Shown: positions 56,799 to 64,000 of the stretch, piece after piece
Position numbering within the stretch: the stretch's first letter is position 1
How the letters are laid out: every line of letters begins with the position of its first letter
DNA from: Octopus vulgaris
Lineage: Eukaryota
Length of the DNA: 64,000 nt
NCBI GenBank assembly: GCA_951406725.2
Contig: OX597832.1
Coordinates: forward strand, 68,510,001-68,574,000
Direction of reading: 5' to 3'
Position numbers and translations under genes: made by a program
Notes under the pieces: model-generated
The model's database searches: none
Told to the model about the DNA's origin: nothing
Seen by the model: only the letters and a program-made list of their open reading frames with translations

Positions 56799-58092
56799 CA
56801 TACATACATACATACACTATATATATAAGTCAGAGGTATGAGTGTGTGTGGCTTTATGGGTGTATGTATGAGTTTGTTGATGTGTGCACTATGCTAATGT
56901 ATGTTGGCAGCATGGAATGTAGACGTATTTGAGGGAACTGGAAAAAAGCTTTTCTTTCAGTCTGCTACGACATTTGTTCTACACTCAGTGGAAGCAACTC
57001 TGGCCTTTGGTAATTCCACGGTCACTTTGTTGAGAAGAACTTATTAATGAAGCCATTGTTCACTCTATGCACCGTAAATGATAACCACACCAGTAAAAGA
57101 ATAAATGGCAGTTAATGTTTATTTCATAATTATTGAGTTAATTTATCGTATTATTCCCCAAAAAATTAAGTTAATCATTGCTATAAAACAGCCATCTGTT
57201 GAAGATGAGTTATTGAAGAGAAACTAGAATTTCGTGCAATGTTGCAATACAAAGTTATTAAGCAAACAACACAAGACATACTTGATTTATTAAAAGTTCT
57301 GGACAGCCATAGAACAGCTATGAATGCAATCAAAATAAAATACGATGTCCCTGATGCTATATTAAATAATCTCAGTGGATTCTATAGGTTTCCTTGCCAA
57401 TCAATAATTACTCATTATGCAATTAGCGAATCAAACCAAATAAGAGGTGAATTAGAATTTTAAGTACCATAACTTGAAGAAATTACAAAATATCTGCTCT
57501 TATATCCCCAGAATTATATTAATCCTGACACTTTGATGTGAAATTAAACTTTCTGCCAACTTATATCATATAAATTTGTTTTGATGTGGTACTTTATGAA
57601 TATTTCATAGCTCTTTCGCAATGCTTAAGACCTTTATTATATGCAAGCTCCAAAGAAATGGTTTTCTTCCAAATAGAATTAATATTAGAGAAAAGAATGA
57701 AAAGTAATTAAGTATCAGTTTAAATGCCATTCTCTTGTAACAGCAATCAATAAAGCACCTAAATGACTTTAAGTGGACAGTTTGGAACAGTCAAGCTGGC
57801 ATGCATGTCACGAAAGAAAATTTATTTTCCTAACTCTGACCTATTAATGAGTCGATCACTGATGTATGCGATGTCAAAACCTACTAAGTTCCAAACAGGA
57901 AATTAGCATATTCACCCTAATCAAGTTATTATCTACCAAATTTATTGAATTCTACACACTGAAAGTAAACAAGTTTTTCCAAATTTAGCAGTTTATATGG
58001 AAGTTGATATTCAAAGTTGCTAAACATTAATACTATTTTAAAACTGTTGTTATGATTATTATTATATATTATTATTATTATTATCATTGTTA

Positions 58093-58145
<53 letters not shown>

Positions 58146-58189
58146 TTATGTTGTTATTATTATTTTTATTATGATTATTATTATCATCA

Positions 58190-58233
<44 letters not shown>

Positions 58234-58831
58234 GTCATCATCATTATTATAATTAAAAATTTTATTCCAGCTGATTGAAATAAAAGCTATATATCTTATT
58301 TCTTATTGTTATTTAGTCACAGGTCTACCTACATTGAACAAACCAATGACCAAAACTTCCCACCTGTGACAAACAAGGCTGTCTTTCCTCAGTCAGCTGA
58401 GGAAATAATTCTATGCGATCTGCCTATTTTAAGACTTTAAGATGTGAGATGACAGAAATTTAACATCTATTTCTAAGGAGGCCAAATGCATACAGTCTTC
58501 TTCATTGGCATTTCATTTGACAAATCTTCAACAAACAATAACCAGTTGGTGCACTAACACTAAGTTTGGAATTCAAAAGAATTCTAAATCCTATTTTGAC
58601 TTATTATGTCATGTGTTAGCAACCTTATCCTTCAAAGATTGCTCTAAATTCAATTAAATCTCACCAAATTTTACTGTACACAACTTTATTGCAGTTTAAA
58701 CTCATCAAAGAAATCACATTCTACTCAAACTTTCTACCAAATTCCAATACTGCAACATTGGCTTACAAATGTGTTTGACTTGAATATAAAAAGAGTTGCT
58801 CTTAAATAATTCTACAAGCTATATCACCTTT

Positions 58832-58862
<31 letters not shown>

Positions 58863-58914
58863 CAGAGAGAGTGCTTCAATTTGTCTCCAAGATAAATACA
58901 TCTATTTGGACCTA

Positions 58915-59330
58915 TTACTCTTTTACTCTTTTACTTGTTTCAGTCATTTGACTGCGGCCATGCTGGAGCACCGCCTTTTAATCGAGCAACTTGACCCCGG
59001 GACTTATTCTTTTGTAAGCCCAGTACTTATTCTATCGGTCTCTTTTGCCGAACCGCTAAGTGACGGGGGACGTAAACACACCAGCATCGGTTGTCAAGCA
59101 ATGCTAGAGGGACAAACACAGACACACAAACATATACACACACATACATATATATACATATATACGACAGGCTTCTTTCAGTTTCCGTCTACCAAATCCA
59201 CTCACAAGGCATTGGTTGGCCCGGGGCTATAGCAGAAGACACTTGCCCAAGATGCCGCGCAGTGGGACTGAACCTGGAACCATGTGGCTGGTTAGCAAGC
59301 TACTTACCACACAGCCACTCCTACGCCTAT
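58915..59330 (-). mobile_element. Well-preserved family B tRNA/CORE-type SINE
   Basis: Minus strand: ggcgtaggagtggctgtgtggtaag..ggttcagtccc..cttgggcaagtgtc; (AAGAGTA)-like tail. Confidence 0.88.
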
Positions 59331-59417
59331 TGGTAATATAATTCAAAATTTTGTTTTGCATAAATTCAATTATTTACACATTATGCTTTCAAACAAGCCT
59401 TCATGAAGCAGGCTTAA

Positions 59418-59637
59418 CCCCCTCATTATTGTATTTATTTTGAGATGCTCTGCATTTCTTTCAATTATTTTAAATATAACAAAGAATTTAATAAAATAAC
59501 TTAGTTATCATTAAGCTAGTGTTAGGAACATAAATTGTGACTAAGGTTTGGTGGAAGATTTTAATTCAAAACTTATGAAAACAAAACATTTGTACTCAGA
59601 GCTAGAGCCGGTTTCAGCCAGATTTGTAACAAAAGGG
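59418..59637. mobile_element. piggyBac-type MITE
   Basis: TTAA|CCC ... GGG|TTAA (TTAA at 59414-59417 and 59638-59641); TIRs degenerate. Confidence 0.65.
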
Positions 59638-60419
59638 TTAAACATTATGTATTTGTGTGTGTGTGTGTGTGTGTATGTGTGTGTGTGTATGTGTGTGTGT
59701 CTAAATCCCTCATGTTTTCTGACCAAAGATTTATACAGAGTATTCTCTAATCATTATTCCCATAATCTTACTAGAACTGCCGTAGTACTGAAATATCATA
59801 CAATGAACATATTATTCAACCTTTTTTTTCACCCACAACTACATCGTGATGAACCAATGACATCCTCAGATGCTTAACTTTGGAGTCAAAACTTCTCAGT
59901 ATTTTATATACGAAATGTAGAATATTCTTCACCAATATTCAGATTCTAAAGTTTGTTAGCTTTCAACACTCAACTCTACTTTGGCACACTTAGCAGACTT
60001 GATGGTTGAAAATGTTAAACAAACAACCCCTCTTTTTGTATATCAGGATTATATTTTTTTCAAAAAGCCCTGGTTTTATAAAATTTTTAGAGTGTGGTTT
60101 TCAAGAGATTTGTTTCCTGTAATAATAATTGCCCAGACAAATACTTTCTTGGATGTTTGCATATTCAAATGAGCGAACTAAAGCAACGTTTAATTATGCA
60201 AACAGCTGCAACAAGGGAGAAAGAAAAATACTCCCAAACAACTTTGCAATCAACTTTTCCTTGTAATTAATTGGTTGTTAATTTATTTCACCTTTTTTCT
60301 GTGTCACATTGTAATACTTATATTACATTGTAACCCTTAGTTTGTAATCATGCAGATAACATACCTTTTATGGAAATGATCAGGACCTTTAAGCAGTCAC
60401 CACAGGTCATTGCTGAATA

Positions 60420-61340
60420 TACTTTTTTATTCTTTTACTTGTTTCAGTCATTTTGATGGAGGCCATGCTAGAGCACTGCCTTGAAGTGTTTTAGTTGAAA
60501 AAATCAACCCGAGGACTTATTATTTCTTTTAAGCCTGGTACTTATTGTATCGGTCTCCTTTTCTGAACCATTAAGTTATGGGGATGTAAACACACAAACA
60601 CTGGTTGTCAAGTGTTTGACGATGTCAGGGTGACAAACATAGACACAAATACATATATATATATGTATAAAGAATATGAGGAGTTTAGTTCACTGGTGAT
60701 CTAAACAAATAGGTACATTGTGTAAGTGCTATAATTGATCATCTGTTATGTTCCAAGTTCACAGCTGAGGTTGGAGCTAGGGATCAATATTAGGCTTCCA
60801 TATTAGCAGGTAAATATTAGAGGAAAAAGGACAACAAAATGACCTATACCCTCTGGAAAAAGATGATCTGTGAACTTTATTCTTCTGTCTATGATTTTAC
60901 TCGTTTATAAACAGTGAATTCTCTGTCTGGAATTTTCCTACATACTCACCTTGTCTCTGATGCCAGAATACACAGTGTATGGACATGCAAACCTATCACT
61001 TGGGATATTCCAGAAACAGCTGTAAGACATCCAATAATTATTTAATTGATTAATTAATTGGTTAATTAATTAATTAGTTAACTACCTCAAATTCACTTTA
61101 CACTAATTAAATATTCTAAATGACTCGAGATACGTGTCTTGGCTTTTGTTGTCCTTTTCCCTCTAATATATAAATATATGACGGGCTTCTTTCAGTTTCC
61201 ATCAACCAAATCCACTCACAAGGGTTTAGTAGGCATGAGGCTATAGTAGAAGACACTTGACCAAGGTGCCATGGAGTGGGACTGACTCCAGAACCATGTG
61301 GTTGGAAATCAAGCTTCTTACCACACAGCCACGCCTGTGA
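60420..61340 (-). mobile_element. Family B SINE split at its internal (TA)n by a ~510-bp hammerhead element (about 60665-61175)
   Basis: Halves 60420-60665 and 61176-61340 are collinear with 58915-59330; the insert has IR arms 60814-60839 and 61144-61169. Confidence 0.8.
60952..61029 (+). ncRNA. Minimal type I hammerhead (CUGAUGC variant, CpG-decayed stem II)
   Basis: TGTCT-CTGATGC-CAGAATA...TATTCCA-GAAA(61013-61016)-CAGCTG-TA-AGACA; palindromic ACAGCTGT. Confidence 0.7.
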
Positions 61341-61526
61341 GGTAGATTATTAGCTCACCTGTGATCACTAATTCTTTCTAATCTCAAACATCTAAACAGA
61401 TATTACAGGATAAGGGAATATTTTGCAGAGGAAGAAGGCAGCTTAACTATCTAAAAATTCAAATGATATCCCAAACTCAGACTTCTGGTGAGTTGACAAC
61501 CATTTTTCAATGTTCAAGCTACCACT

Positions 61527-61900
61527 TCATCATCATCATCATCATTATCATCATCATCATCATCATCATCATCGTCATCATCATCGTTTAACGTCTGTTT
61601 CCCTTGCTGGCATAGGTTGGACTGTTCAACTGGGAAACCAGGAGGCTGCATGAGGCCCCAATCTGATCTGGCAGTGTTTCTACAGTCGGATGCCCTTCCT
61701 AACGCCAACCACTCCAAGAGTGTAGTAGGTGCTTTTTACATGCCACCGGCACAGGGACCAGAAGAGCTGGCATCGACCACGATCGGATGGTGCTTTTTAC
61801 ATGCCACCCACGCAAAAGCCAGCCAAAGCGGCAATGGCATCGGCCACATTCGGATGGTGCTTTTTACATGCTACCAGCATGGGGCTCACAACTACAATTT
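61527..61900 (-). mobile_element. RTE-tailed SINE with a long (CAT)n tail
   Basis: (CAT)n, cgtttaacgtctg...ggatgcccttcctaacgccaaccactcc. Confidence 0.85.
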
Positions 61901-63445
61901 CTAATTGATTTGATTTTGATATTTCTATAAGTAAACGTTGCAAAACCTGTTTTAAGAGTAATTCCTAACTCATTTGAATTTCTCACTGGCATATAATGTA
62001 TTTTCTCTAAAAGTGCAGTTTTCTGCAACATACAACCTTCTGTTTATTTATATCTAATTTGTACATCTTCATCATCATCAGCCAAGGCATTTACTAATTC
62101 CTTGATATACTTTTATATATATATATATATATATTTTCAAGCCTCATTTTGCAATTTTTCCTGGCAATTAATACAGAATAAGATTTCTTTTCCAGTCTGA
62201 AACACCGAAGAACTTATCTGAATTTTGAATTGGTTTATAGTGGCACCAAATTAGTATTCTTCAAATGCAGATACTAACAAATTGCAAGGATATTTAAAAT
62301 GAATTAAAGAAACTAGTGGAAACATCTCTTATCTGATAAGCAAACAAATACAATCAATGAATTGAAACAATAGTGGAGATCTGGGTTAAAATGTTGGAAT
62401 ATCTCATTGCTTCAGAAGATATTGTTGCTGTTGGATGAGAGCAGCTGATAGGGGCTGATACACATTAACCAAAATGTTATACTTTTTAAGTAGATGATGG
62501 ATTAAAGTGAAGAATGATAATCCAAAGAACTCTTAGAACACATCTGCTCCCAGTCAGAGGCAATTATCCTCTTTAGAAGCTTTGTTTACTATAAACAAAA
62601 TTGAAATATAATGAAAACAACTGCTTTAAAATACATATATAAATACTAATAAAATACATGAAACATTCAGTTTGTTTTAATTTGCCAATAAAAAATAAAA
62701 CTTTAGGATGTTTGTAATTTACTGATAAACTTTATGGTTCCAATGAGATACATGGAAGCTGATTTTTCTCTGCCTTTAATTAAAATCTACTTTCACTTTA
62801 CTTCATTAAATCAGGAAAGGAAAAAAAATAAATGGAAGACATAAAACTATTTCAAAAACACTGTAAACCAATCCCTTTGAACCGTATAAATTGCTGTTTT
62901 ATGTAATTAATACCAATTCAATTAAAATTAATTGAAGTATACTATTATATCTTTATTCTAATTAAAGTGTAATATATATCCTTGTTCCAAATATTTTTAT
63001 TTCATGCAACTTCTCTTTTATTATCGTCAGATATGGGTTAATTGTGTACTTTGGTTCAAGCCTGAATCTTTAGGGGAATTCTGTGGGGCTGGAAGAGGGA
63101 AAGGAAAAATGAGGGGTTCCTAATATGCCTGAGAATAGTATGAATATAAGTGTAATGAGAATACACCTAATTAGGAATTGGAAACTAATTTATTGGCTCT
63201 GGTCACTGAAAATGAAGCGTAACACTACAAAATCCTTACAATGAACTTGTAATTCCATCATTCATGGGTTCACAGGAACAACAACTGTTGACCTCTTCCT
63301 GATTCCTCGCTACCAATGTACATTAATATTGCTGTTGCCCCATGCTGTCTAATTCAACTGTACCAACCCACACTGCTTCTAATATCATTTTCTGACTAAT
63401 TCTGTCTTGCCAACTGCCAAAATATACTGATGTATAGTTGAGCCA

Positions 63446-63558
63446 ACAAAGGATCTTCACTTGGGCTGCTTTAAATGTACATACCAGAAATAGCAACCAA
63501 ATCTTCCTTGAATCACACTCCATTGCATTAAATAACTGTCATATTGTACACTGTGCTT

Positions 63559-63615
<57 letters not shown>

Positions 63616-63905
63616 GTATGTATATATATATACAGACACATGTATATATACATACATATGTATATATAAATATATATATATATGTATGTATATATATATA
63701 TATTTATATATATATATATATATATATATACTTATATATTTATGTATATATATATGTATGTATATGTATGTATATATATATATATATATATAAAGCACAT
63801 TGTACAATATGACAGTTATTTAATGCAATGGAGTGTGATTCAAGGAAGATTTGATTGCTATTTCTGGTATGTACATTTAAAGCAGCCCCAGTGAAGATCG
63901 TTTGT
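63446..63905. repeat. 115-bp near-perfect inverted repeat enclosing ~230 bp of (TA)-rich microsatellite
   Basis: Arms 63446-63560 and 63791-63905 with about 4 mismatches. Confidence 0.95.
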
Positions 63906-64000
63906 AAAAAGACAAGATGGCCATGACTGGAATGTGTTACTGTCAATCTGTAGCAAGGAGTTTTGAAGTCTGCAAATGATAAGAGAAAGGATACTACATT

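Noticed and set aside
57215-57463. EKLEFRAMLQY.. faintly like a mariner N-terminal HTH
   Set aside because: No downstream mariner motifs or TIRs.

Overview
AT-rich, microsatellite-saturated animal genomic DNA. The SINE/LINE repertoire points to a cephalopod, most likely an octopus (inference). No complete host gene is evident, and nearly all listed ORFs are microsatellite artefacts. Recognisable content: a decayed Tc1/mariner transposase; at least seven copies or fragments of R4/Dong-type non-LTR retrotransposons (RT + CCHC zinc knuckle + restriction-like endonuclease), one very young; an RTE LINE 3' end with many RTE-tailed and tRNA-derived SINEs; hAT- and piggyBac-type MITEs; a HINE/DINE-1-like element; and Penelope-like RT/endonuclease relics. 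Two systems stand out. (1) Eight hand-folded minimal type I hammerhead ribozyme motifs (two with intact cores, most with palindromic stem III) lie in short, mutually unrelated, ORF-less elements embedded in (TA)n. These have terminal direct or asymmetric inverted repeats and look like a swarm of Penelope pLTR-only/retrozyme-like elements. (2) A ~550-bp non-coding element is present five times, always in (TAA)n and always next to an R4/Dong copy, making it a candidate non-autonomous partner. SINE and relic boundaries are approximate, and all folds and alignments were done by eye.
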